Source: an uncultured Planctomycetales bacterium (GTDB lineage Bacteria; Omnitrophota; Gorgyraeia; Zapsychrales; JANLHA01). From it: DNA of 64,000 nucleotides. The first letter of the stretch is position 1. Each line of letters starts with the position of its first letter. The translations under genes and the position numbers were made by a program. The notes under the pieces were generated by a model. It was not told where the DNA came from. It did no database searches and worked only from the letters and a program-made list of their open reading frames with translations. The DNA lies in assembly GCA_964374105.1 (NCBI GenBank), contig CAYJXI010000001.1, positions 7,743 through 71,742 on the forward strand. The letters run 5' to 3'. This document shows positions 24,601 through 36,600 of this stretch, piece after piece.

Positions 24601-27600
24601 ATTTCGGGATCGGTATGTGTTGAGTCAACAAAGAAAAGAGATATTAACCCGGGCGATCAAACTAAGAGAATCCTTACGAGATATTGTCGTAAGAAGAAAG
24701 AACATTATTTTGAGATTATTAGCCAATGATCCAAGATACATTGAAAAGAACAAAGAGAAAGAGAAAAAGAAAGAAAAAGAAAAGCGAAAAGCCATCAAAG
24801 AGCTTGCCCGCAGGAAATTCCTCTTACCCAGAAAAGCCGAGGTTGACCGGATAGCTCATCTGTGGGAAAGGCCGTATGAACAAATCGGCCAGGCCTTGAT
24901 TTCCTCAAGAAATCATCATTACTTGCAAATTATCCGATTAGTGCCCGCAGAGTTCATGCGGCTTTTGGGCATTCTTATCGATGCACGTTCTTTATCCAGT
25001 CATCTTCTTAAGAGCGGTTATACAAGGAAAGAGTTAAGCCAAGGATTTGGGATCTTCTTTAACCAAGTTGGAACAAGTCATGTCTCCATTGAAAGTCGGT
25101 ATAACGAGATGATGGCAGCCCTCATTTTATATCGCGGGGCTTTTAGCGAAGATCTCTTTAAGGAAATCTTTGCCCAACTGGAGGTTGCCGAAAGAAAGCA
25201 ATTGACGTCTTATTTAGGAGAACAGGTTTCGCGGGTCATTAACTATGAGAGAACTTATATGGGAATCATCAAATATCTTGCGATGTTCCCAGGAGCAACG
25301 GTAAAAGATTTGAAGGCTCAAGGATTATTTGCGGAATTGTTCGATCTGTTTATTAAGATTCACACAATGACCGTCCAGAAAGAAGAAGTCATTGAGCTGA
25401 CAGTCAAGGAAATGCGAATCAAGGCAAAGAAAGTCTTGATGACAAGACTTCTCTCCCGTTATGGTTGGGCCTTAGGGTTATTTTTAGCTCCGGGATCAAG
25501 GGTTGATAGAAACCAAGTGATCTCTTTTATTGGATATTACAAAGAACAAATTCACAGGATTGTCGATTTTTATCTTGACGGAACATTAGTGATGGATGAA
25601 ATGGTTTTAGAATCCATCAGTCATTTATTGCCTTACCTAGCCCTGGAAGGTTATGACAAGCGATTAGGGGTGGTGAGAAAGAAAGTCAAAGATTTTGGAT
25701 CACTTGAACGATTGTTTAGCGTGCCGTTGGAGTCCCCAAGTGAAACTTTAGCTGTAGAAAGGGCAGCGGTAAAAGCCATGTTAACCGCAGGGGATGAAGA
25801 GACGTTACGAAGGGTATTTAATGACTTGAAGAACTTCTATCAGACCCAGCGTAAACCAAAAGAAATCATTGCTGATTCCGCCATCGATTATGCCTTGGCC
25901 CTTATTCAGGGGGTACAAAAACTTTTACAAAAACCTGTCACTCAAGAACAACGGCAAATGGTCGCATCGATGGTAAAGGAGATTGCCTCTCATCTGATTC
26001 ATAAAGAGTTAACGATTACTTCAATACAAACTTCCATGGAAGAAAAGGCCAAACGGATCATCACCTCCATTCAGAATCTCCCTCAAGAGATTTTAACGGA
26101 AGCGCTGAAAGTGTTGACCGATCATACCATTCTTGATTTTATATTTTTCCGTGATGAAATGGCGGTTATCCGAACCGATGTGCTTAAAGTTGTTGATGCA
26201 GAAACCTTAAGTAATTATTTTTCAACCAAGAGCGAACGGGAGGTGACTTCAAGTCTTGCTCCTATCAAAGATAATATCTTGAAAAAGAAGGTTTTGGCTG
26301 CCATGAAGGCTACAGAAGTGGGTAAGATGCCCGCGATGGCCAAACATGTTTTAAGACGGGAAATTTACCTCAGGGAGACTATTCATTTACCCAAAGAGCT
26401 GACCGCTTATTCAGGGGAGGCTGTCCCGAATTATTACGCTATCTTAGGAGTTCCCATGAAAGCCACACCTTTGATGATAGACCGATCATTCAAGGCGCTT
26501 TCCTTCTTGTATCATCCTGACCGGGCTCAACCTTCTGAGAAGGCCAAGGCCGAAGAGGAGTTCAAACGGATCAATGAGGCTTACCAAGCGCTCTCTGATC
26601 CGCAGAGAAGGAAGGAATACGATGAGAGTATACCCAAGTATGCTTACTACTATCCGTCCAAGCCATGGTTAGAGTCGGATGTGGATCTGGATGCTCTCAT
26701 AGCCGAATCCGTGGTTTCGGAAAAGAAAGAAAAAGAAACGCCAAGCGAAGGTCAATACAAAACCAGTCCGTATCTTCCAGTCCGCTTGAGTGATCTTAAA
26801 AAATGGTCGAAAGCCTTGAGTGAAGATTTAGAAAAAGAAACTGGAGAAGCAAAAGAGCCCAAGAAAAACGAACCCCAAGGTCAAGGAGGGGCGATCCTTG
26901 CTTCAGGAAAGAGTTTGAGTGCTAAACAAGACTCGATTATCCGCAGGGTATTGAAGGAAGCTGAAATTGAGGGTACCGATATCATCGCATTTCGTATCCT
27001 TATTACCGAAAGTCCATTATCTGGAATGAATGTCAGAATCCAGGCCATCAAAGATTTCAATCTTAAGATCCGCCAATTGGCTGAGGAAGAGCAAGTGCCA
27101 TTTAAGGACAGAGTCGTGACCTACGCTTATGTAGATAAGTCAGGCGTAAAATATCTCTATTTAGATAAAATGGAGAGGGAGATGATCATTCATCTTCCTA
27201 AACATTTGCGTGATCAATGGGCAGAGCATGAAATGCTGCATCTTGAAAACCCAAGATTAACGGAAGAAGCAGTGCAAAAACGAGCTCCTATTGAAGAATT
27301 CTTGCGCGCCCTCTATCCTCCCGAAGAACCTACCATTAAAGTTTATGATCAGTTGGGAGGGTTGAAAATCACAAAGGTGTCATCGACGTTTACTGATATT
27401 GAAGGTGTAACGAAGGATGTTTCCTTCAAGGGTGAGGAGATCAGCACTTATCATGTTTCCTTAAGGCCAGATGATGCGAGGCATTTAACGAGAGACTTTG
27501 AGAAGATTTTACATCGTCGAATTAATAAACCCAGTTCGGAGAAGATAGGATGGAATTTTAATTTCTTGACGGGGGAGATCAGCCGGTTTGGTGCGATAGA

Positions 27601-30600
27601 CAATATCACAATCGCTTACGGAATGAAAACTCCGTTCTATTTGGAAGAAAGTCATATTTATATTGATTTTAGTGTGCTCTTTCTTACATCGGCAAATCTT
27701 AAGGCATTGTTCAGATGGTCTTGGCTTCATGCCTTTGAGAAAGCCCAAGTCTTCACCCAAGATGAATATTGGGCTGATGCGGTTGGTATCTTTGAGACTG
27801 CCTTAAAGCTCCTACAGGAAGAAAAATTAGAATCGTTAACATTCATAAAGCGGGCTCTCCGTGAATTGAAGATGATGGGCTGGGAGGTCACTGCCTATCA
27901 AAAATTATTTAGGGCGATTACTAATTTGAGAAAACGGGAAGATATCAAACAATACCTGTCCCTCCCCGCACATTTCAATCTCGGGGAATTGATCCCGCTT
28001 AATTTGTACCAATTGGCAAAGATTGAGAGGGCGAGTAGGTCCCAAGGAGAGCCTATTGTTCGAGCCGATAATTTAAGGAAAGCGTTAAACGAGATCCTGA
28101 AGAAACAAAATATCCTGTTGCCCTTGCTGGATCAGGATCCCAGATACACCAAGAGACCGCTCGAAGAAAAGGAGAAGATTTTAGGCCAACTCGCCGAACG
28201 GAAATTCCTGTGGCCTCGCAAGGCGGAAGGTTATTATCTATCTTCCCTTTTGGATCGGCCTTACGCAGAAACAGGACGAGCCTTGACCGCCACGGTTAAC
28301 ATCAACGTTCTTTGGACTGTCCGGATGGTTCCTTTAGAGTATCTGCGTCTGGGAGTTCATTTAAGAGAGGGTTCCCAAGTCGGCCAAGAACTCGTCAAAA
28401 TCAGTTCTACTCGATATGAGATTAACCAGTTCTTAAAAATTTTCTTTGTTGAGTCTAGTAAAAATTATCTGGTTTTCCCCGGGCATCACCGTTTTCATAT
28501 GAATAGTTTGGTGTTATTGAAGTCGGCGTTTGGAGAGGATATTGTGGATGAAATATTCGCCAAAAGAGATTTGAAACAGAGAATGGATTTACTCAAATTC
28601 TTTGAAGAATATCTTTTCATGATGCTTGTTGGCGATGAGAAGAAATACCTTAAGATCTTGCTTTATCTGTATGACAATCCGGGCATTGAATTTAAATATC
28701 TTCTAACGATTTTTGATGGGCGTCTAACACTTAAGTCATTGTTTGAACTCTTCAGTAGGCTTAACAATTCCGCTTTATCAACCGAATTTTCAACGGGAGG
28801 AAGTATCATCGCAACCGCAAGCCGCATTTTATTAAACAGGCTTATTTTCCGATACGGTTTAATTTTTAGTCATTATCTGACTACGGATATTGAGGTGGAT
28901 AAAAATGAGCTCAAGTTCATCTTGAGGAAAAACATTCCAGAATTCCGGCAGCTTCTTGAGTATTACCTTACAATGACAACTAGGGAGGACGAGACGACTA
29001 GGGAGGCCGTCAACAAGTTAGTGAACCTCTTATTGATCGAACCGGATTCATGGCTATTGGAAGAAGTGCGAGGAAGACTCAAACAGACACTGGATTTCAC
29101 CTCTGACTTTAGCCGAGTGTTTGCCATTTCCCTTGAAAGTACGGAACCGTTTTTAGGTTCTGAAAGGGCAGCGATCAAAACTCTGTTGGAGCTGGGAGAT
29201 TATGAAATGATAGTCACGATGTCAAGCAGATTGGAGAATTTTTACAGCATTCATCGACAGACAGCTCAACGTATTTCCGATCATGCAATTGATTATGCCC
29301 TCGCCCTTGTGGTGGGAGCTGTTCAATTGCTTAAGATTACAAAAGATAAGGCAAGGCGGTTAGTTGTCGAAGAAATCTTAAAACAAACAGTTTTGAATTT
29401 GGTGAATTATGAACTGAGCGAAGAAACAGTTTATGGACAAATAGCAGAGCGGGCTCAACGAATCATTAGAATTTTACAATTCATACCAGAAAAGGTATTC
29501 CAAGAAGCCCTCAAGGCATTGGCCCAGATGAGGATCTTAGATGTGATTTTCTTCCGTAAGGAAATGGCATCAGTCAGGGCCGATGTGCTTCGCATTTTAG
29601 ACGCGCAAGTCTTAAGCGCTTATTTCAGTCAAAAGAGCGAGAGGGAGGTTTATGCCAGCCTTACCGAGGTTAAAGATGCTCAATTAAAGCAGCGGGTATT
29701 GGCAGCGATGAGAAAGACAACGGGGGGAGGCATAAAGACCATGACCACTCATGTGCTAAGAAGAGAGATCTATATTAAGGCGATGATCGGCTTACCCAGA
29801 GAAATCACTAATTATTTTGGGGAAAAAGTTCCAAACTATTATGTTATTTTGGGTGTCCCGAGGCAAGCCACTTCAAAAGACATTGATCGATCTTTCAAGG
29901 CATTGGCCATGCTCTATCATCCTGACCGCGCCCCGGAACCGGAAAGGGCCCAGGCTCATCAGGAATTTAAAGTCATTAACGAGGCCTATCAAGTCCTATC
30001 TGATGCAGAGAAAAGACAGGATTATGAAAATAGCATACCCAAGTACGCCCATAGGTATCCCGCCAGTCCTTGGCTATCCGCGGATGTTGATTTGGACGCC
30101 ATTCTAGCCGAGGCAGAAGCTCTCATTAAACCCAAAGAGAAACCCGCTGAAGTTCAAAAAGAAAAGATAGAACAAAAGCCAATCGAGTATCCTCTTGTCT
30201 TAAGAAGCGATTTTTTAAGATGGCAAGACAGTTTGCGTTTCCTTAAAGAGGAAAAAGAAGAAAAGAAAGAAAAAGATACCGAAAACCAGACGCCGGGCCT
30301 ACCCGCAGGACAGGCAGGCACCAAGGGGACACAAAAAGGTGATCTGCCTGCCTCGAATAAGGCTGCGCCATTTACCGGGCCTGCCGGCCAGCAGGAAAGT
30401 CATCGAAAAGATGATTCTACCGCCACCCGCAGCGGTGAGCCGATGAGTGAAGAACAAGAAGGGAACTTCCGAAAATATCTTTCCGCAAAGGTCAAGGGAT
30501 TTAGCGGCTATAAAATTGTTGAGGAAGGTCACATTGAGGCAGTGATCAAGGCCCTGGCCGATGTTAGGCTGGAAGTCTTAGCCGATCGGTTAGGGCAGCT

Positions 30601-33600
30601 CAAAGAAACCCGAAAGATCCGCGCCGGGCCAGTTGAGATCTTTGTTGATCTTAAATCCCAAGGAATTGATTTACTGGCCTTTAATTATGAAGGCTGGATC
30701 GTTATCCATCCGGAATTGATTGAGGCCCCAGACCACCTCTACTTGGACCAAGTCCTCATTCACGAGACAGGTGCCGTCTATGGCCTTAAGCATAACATCA
30801 ATCTCATTTTACAGAAAGTCGTCACTGAGAGACTGACGGAAGAAGAATTCCAAATGATCGATAAGGCCATTAAAGAAAAAGAGAAAAAAGGTACTGACTA
30901 CGAGGGGGTTGCAAATCAAGATTATGCCAGGATGGCCCAGCAACTTAAGATGGCTCGGAATTCCTTAACCGCTCAGTTCCCCGAAGAATTCAAAGTAACG
31001 ATTCCGGGACTCAATGTCCAAGAAAGAGAAGCCTTCTATTCTAAGGCCCGCAGTAAGACATACGATGGATTTAGATATCTTACGCACGGGTTAACATGGA
31101 TAACCTTTGAACATGAACAATTCCCGCATCTTCTCTTTCATGTCTATAAGACAGATTATAATCTCGCCTTTATCTCTTCCATTCTTCGAATTAAACTAGC
31201 CCTTTATCTTTTAGGACAAAGGCAGGTTAAGGTTGACGGGATTGAGATGTTAGAGTTTACTGGCGAAGACTATCAATATGCTTTCTTCGATCAAGTGGTA
31301 ATAACGAAAAAACCAAGCACTATCGGTGACTTTGGAGAAGGGGTTACCGATTATGTGTCTTTGAAGCCGATTATCGATAATTTCCTGAAGGCTGCTGAGG
31401 CAAGGATGTTAAGAAAAATTGAGCCTCTGATGTTCGATGAGGCGGCAATCCGTAAAGTATTAGAAGACTATTTTGAGGTGAATTTCCCCGATACGAGTTC
31501 ATTGTATTTTGTTCTTCCAGCGGTCTATCAACAAGCGAAGGAAAACTGGGAAACCGAGGAAGAGGCTTTATTAAAGGTCTTAATGGCGGAGAAGTATCTG
31601 CAAGAGCAAAGTAAGAGACTCTATGTTCCATCCATCGATGAATCTGAAGCCGTCGCTAGTGAAGGAGAAACAGCAGAAAACGAAGAACATTTACCAAAGA
31701 TAGAAGAAGCCGTTCAACAGGAAATCGATCGGATGGATATTGAGAAAGGATTAAGTGAACAAGAGGCACAGAGATTGGTGGAAATTTTAAGGCAGTATCA
31801 CCATATCTCTATTAAGGCAGCAGAAAATGAGTTGGTTACATTCGGTTATTATGAAGATAAAGAAAAAAGTGGATTGAGGTTGGTGCGCACGATTATATCC
31901 CTTCAAGGACGCAGGGTAGGAGTTATCGATTTTATGATCGATCATGATGGAAGTCTTGCCAAAGCCGATTATGGATTCAAGCCACATTTTAAGAAGATGG
32001 AGCGGGATATGAGGCTTGAGGAGGTTCCGGAAAATCAGGATCTTGCTATTTATGTTGAACCAAGGTATCAAGGTTTAGGCATTGGCCGCACTCTGATGGG
32101 TCTGGCTTTAAGGATAGCGAGGCAATTAGGGGTTAAGGAATTCTCGTTACGAGATGTGTCCGTAGGTTTCGAGCCGAAAGCCGAGAAAATGGGTTTCAAG
32201 AAAAATGAACATTCGGGTCGTCTCAACGAATATTTCTGGCCTTTTGAAGAAAGAGAACTGCCTAGGATTCAGATGAAAATAAGCGGCAGGTCCCAGGCCC
32301 AGGGATTTGAGCCCAAGGGATCTATTCGCTCAAAACATCGCGGGGAAGTGGATTTAAGTGAAGAAGAGATGTCGAGGATCATGGCTAACCCACAGACTAA
32401 GGTCACCCAGAGATATAACAGAGAGTGGATTTTAAGAGTCATGGGTGCCTTGGAGGCCTTTGGCGGACAAACAACAGTTAACGGGGAACAGTTATTGAAT
32501 CGGATAAAGAAACGTATCGAAGAGGCGATACTGTTCTATGAGAAAGAGCGAGATCAATGGCAGAGGCAGTATGAGGCTACGATGGATCGAAGACAACGGG
32601 GATTGTATTTTAAGTATATGACAACCGCGGAAGGGATGATCAAAGAGCAAAGGGAACAAAAAGAGTTGTTAAAAGGCTTGTTTGCTGATGTCAGGAGTAT
32701 TTATCAAGTGGTCATCGACACCATTGGGAAGTTTAAGATTCATTCGGTGATATTACCGGAATCGGAACAATCTAAATTGATTAAAGGTCTTGATAGATAC
32801 ATCGTCATGTGGGTGAATCCTGGGGAAGATTCTATCGCTGAAATAGCCGGCCTTTTGGATTATTTAAGAACTCAGCCCCAGGGGATCCTGCTTGTCAGTG
32901 CAGCCTTAGGGCATGAGGCATTAGAATTTTATTTAAGAAAACAAGGGATCGAGGCTGATTTAGCCCATGCCTTGGCGGAAGATTTTGAGCGTATGATTCT
33001 TAAGGAAGACCTAGATACCCCCAAGAGTCAGTATGATTTGGCCATTGAAAGATTTTTGAATGAGAAAATATTGGGTGTTGTTGAGGTAGGGGCACGGCAT
33101 GCCGTGCCCCTACCTTTGACCAAGTCTGTAATTGCTGGGGATAGCTCGCCTCGTGCCGAGGACATCGGCGCTGTCATCGAACCAAAGACAGCCGAAGGTG
33201 AAGTAGTTATTGTGGAACCAGTTACTGCGGAAACGAAAATTGAAGAGAGGCCAAAGGAAGAAGCCGTTGAACAAAAGGCCTTAGAGGCAGAAGCAATTGA
33301 AGAACGAATTGAAAAGCCGGCTGTTACTGTTGAAGCCCCAACTCAAGAGCCAATCAAACCAAGTCATCAGCGCAAAGGGATTACTGAGGAGAGATTCTTA
33401 GAGGTTGCCTTGAATCATTTGGAGGATGAGAATCCGCGCGAGACCATTGCTCTTGAACTCGGGATTAATATTCAAACAGTTTCTTATTGGTTAAAGAAGC
33501 TGGGATTAGCTGGGGAAGTTATTGCAAAACGATTCAAGAAATCTGTAGCCGAGAAGGGAGAGAAGAAAGAACAGAAGAAGGAAGACCAGAAGGAAGGGGC

Positions 33601-36600
33601 GGCGATCCCTGAAGTTAAGGAAGAGGCAGCGACCGGTGAGGTCGTGAAAGAAATTTCGATACTAGCTTTTGAAGAAGTTAAGATCAAAGCGCCAAGCGTG
33701 ACTGAAGAACAGAAAGAGTTAACCGCGGAAGAATTGTTTGATTCCGTAATTCAAGAAATGGTTGAGAATATGCAAGTTTATATTGAATTAGAAGCTGATT
33801 TTGATGATTTCTGGACCGAAGTGACATCTGGGAAAAAGATTTCTTCTGAGGTGGCGCAAGCTGTCCGCCGGCGGTTGATTAAGGAGTTTGACGTGCATGA
33901 TCCTCAGCAATTTTTCAGTGTACTTATGGCCAGTCATGGCAAAAAGTATGGTTCTTATAAAGAGTTGTTTGAAGCCACAAATGTAAAGACAAAGGTGATA
34001 CGAAGAATTGATCGTGCTTATAAGCGCTTAACGGGCTTAAGTTTGATTGAAGCGACACAAGGTGGGGCAGAGGGAGAGGATCAAGAAGAGCAAACCCAAG
34101 AGCGACTTCCCAATTACTATCATCTTATTGGTATGAATACCCGAGGCCGCGCTGAGGCGCCGACACAGGGCGATGTTCATCGGTTCCTCTTAGGCAAGAA
34201 GCGGCTGACAGGTGAGTTAAAGGGACTAGCCAAATGGCTCGAAGGTCATCTTCCGACTTATCAAGGCGATACATTAGAAGATTATCGCAGAGAATGGACC
34301 AGGGTTTACGGTAAAGAAAAAGGTTCACCCAATCGTTCTGAACCAACCGCCACCCGTTCGGGTGAGCCGTTGAGTGAAGAGCAGAAGCGTCAGCTGAGGG
34401 AATATCTTAAACTCAAGGTTGGGCAATTCAGCAGTTATGCGGTTGTCGAAGACACGGCCATTGATACAACTATTAAAGCCCTAGGTGAGGTTGCCTTTGA
34501 AGTCTTGGCGAGTCGCTTAGAGCAACTCAAAGAAACCCGTAAAATCCGCGCCGGGCCGAATGAGATCTTTAGTGAACTTCAAGCTCTCGGCATTGCCTTG
34601 TTAGCATTCAATTATGAAGAATACGTCATTGTCCATCCGGAATTACTCGCCGCAGAAAAGCAAACCCGTCTAAGGCAGATTCTTGCTCATGAAACTGGTG
34701 CGATTTATGGTCTGGAACATCAAACCAATCGATTATTAGAAAAAGTCATCACTCAAGAATTGACGGCTGAAGAAAGGGAAGCGATCCACAACGAAATTGT
34801 TAGTTTGGCTCAGCCAGAGGAAGAACAGTTAAGATCCTTCCGCGAGCTTATCTTAACGAAGATCACCAGTGACGCCATTAGGCAAAAGGCAAAGCAGATA
34901 TTAACCAAGGCGCGATTAAGGGCCCTCTTACAGCCATCAGCTAAGCATTACACCAATGAATTTAAGCCCATTAAAGATATTTTTGAAAATTCACGATACG
35001 GAGAAACTATTAGATTAGTCAAAGAGGATACTAAAGCTATTGTTGAGGCCGTCAAAGAGATGAAACACATCTTGGCAGTTAATCCACAGAGCCATCTGTT
35101 TGACATCGAACAATGGGATGAAAGGGTCTATGCTCCTTCCATGAGAGGAATGTTCGATCAATTTGAGAAGAAATCACTGACCATTGAGGGACTTAAAAGA
35201 CAGATGCAGAAAATAGTAGAGCCATTTAGTGTAGCCTTTGATCTTACGGAATTCATTAAAGAAAGCGAGGAGCTCGAATTCTATCATTTGGTTGAGATCG
35301 GCGCTTGGGTTTTAGCCAAGATCATTATTCCGCATGGGTTGGTGATTCAGGTTTCTCCATTTGAATCCAACAAGCTGATTAAGGGCCGGGTCCTTAAGGA
35401 TCGAACCGAATTGATTACAACACATGGGGCAGGATTCTCAAGGCAGATTCCGGTTTATACCGTTGATGCTAAGATTTCCGAATTTGGTTCAGGTATTGCT
35501 AGGCCAGATTACATTGTCATGCCATTGAATCTCCAGCATGAAGAACCCCTTATTCATTATCAAAAGCTCTTTAAGGCCTATAGGGAAGGCCGTTATCGTC
35601 CTAAACCGTTTGATATTGACCCGCACGGCTTTTTGCTGGATTGGGTGATGATCAACCTGGTTGGATCCAAGACGACAAGTGAGGTACAGCAACTGCTTAG
35701 AAAAGAGGCACTTCAAGAAGAGATCGCCCATTCCGATACCTTTGCCTTTGTGGAAACCCTCTGGGACAGGAAATATCATTACTTTATGAGGAGTGAAACT
35801 ATCCAATTTGTCCATACGATTTTAGAACCCTCGGGCTGGTTAAGAGAGATGTTCAATCAGCATAAAGAGAAGCCTGCTCTTCACTCACTCACTGCTGATG
35901 CGATTATTGAAGTAGAGGCCAAATTGCAATCTTTGATGAAATCACCTTACCCAGCCCATACGGTCTTGGAGTTCTTGTTAGCCAGTCTCTTCCCTGAAAC
36001 TGCCAAACTTGAAAAGCCCCAATACAAGGTTGCCTATAACACGCTGACTGTTTTGTTGGCCGTCGAACTTTTGAATAAGCCAACCATTGAACTTAAAGAC
36101 TGGTTTGATTTCCTCAAAGAGGTTTACCGGGATCTTGATTTGTTCAACAAACTCCTACCGGAAACTGCAAAGGAAATTTACGAACGGCATTTCTACAGTC
36201 AAGAAGAACGAGTAGCAATTCTAAAAGGAAAAGGTAACAGTCACAAAGAAGCTGGCAGGTCCCTTAAGGATTCTAAGGAAGGGCCGCAGACACTCGCCGC
36301 GTTTGAACCGCTGACATTCATTGCCTTGTTAGCGGGTTTTGGGATTTTAGGAGTTTATATGACCAGATGGGTTGCCGGCAGATTCAAGATCAAAGGGTCT
36401 GATCAACAACACATGCACCGGCGTGGATTTATAAAATTAAGTTTAGGAACTATGGGCTTGGCGGCATTCGCTCCGTTATTGACATGCTGCTCTTTAATTC
36501 CAGGTTCATCGCCGCGTAAAATTAACTCAGATCATTTGATTCTCATCGGTATGGAACACAATGTGTTCGGGGATCCGCAACATCCCGCGAGTGTCTTGCA

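Noticed and set aside
33372-33510. An intact IS3-family insertion sequence
   Set aside because: Only the HTH-like ~45 aa are present. There is no DDE transposase domain, no frameshift site and no terminal inverted repeats nearby, and the flanks continue the giant ORF in frame.
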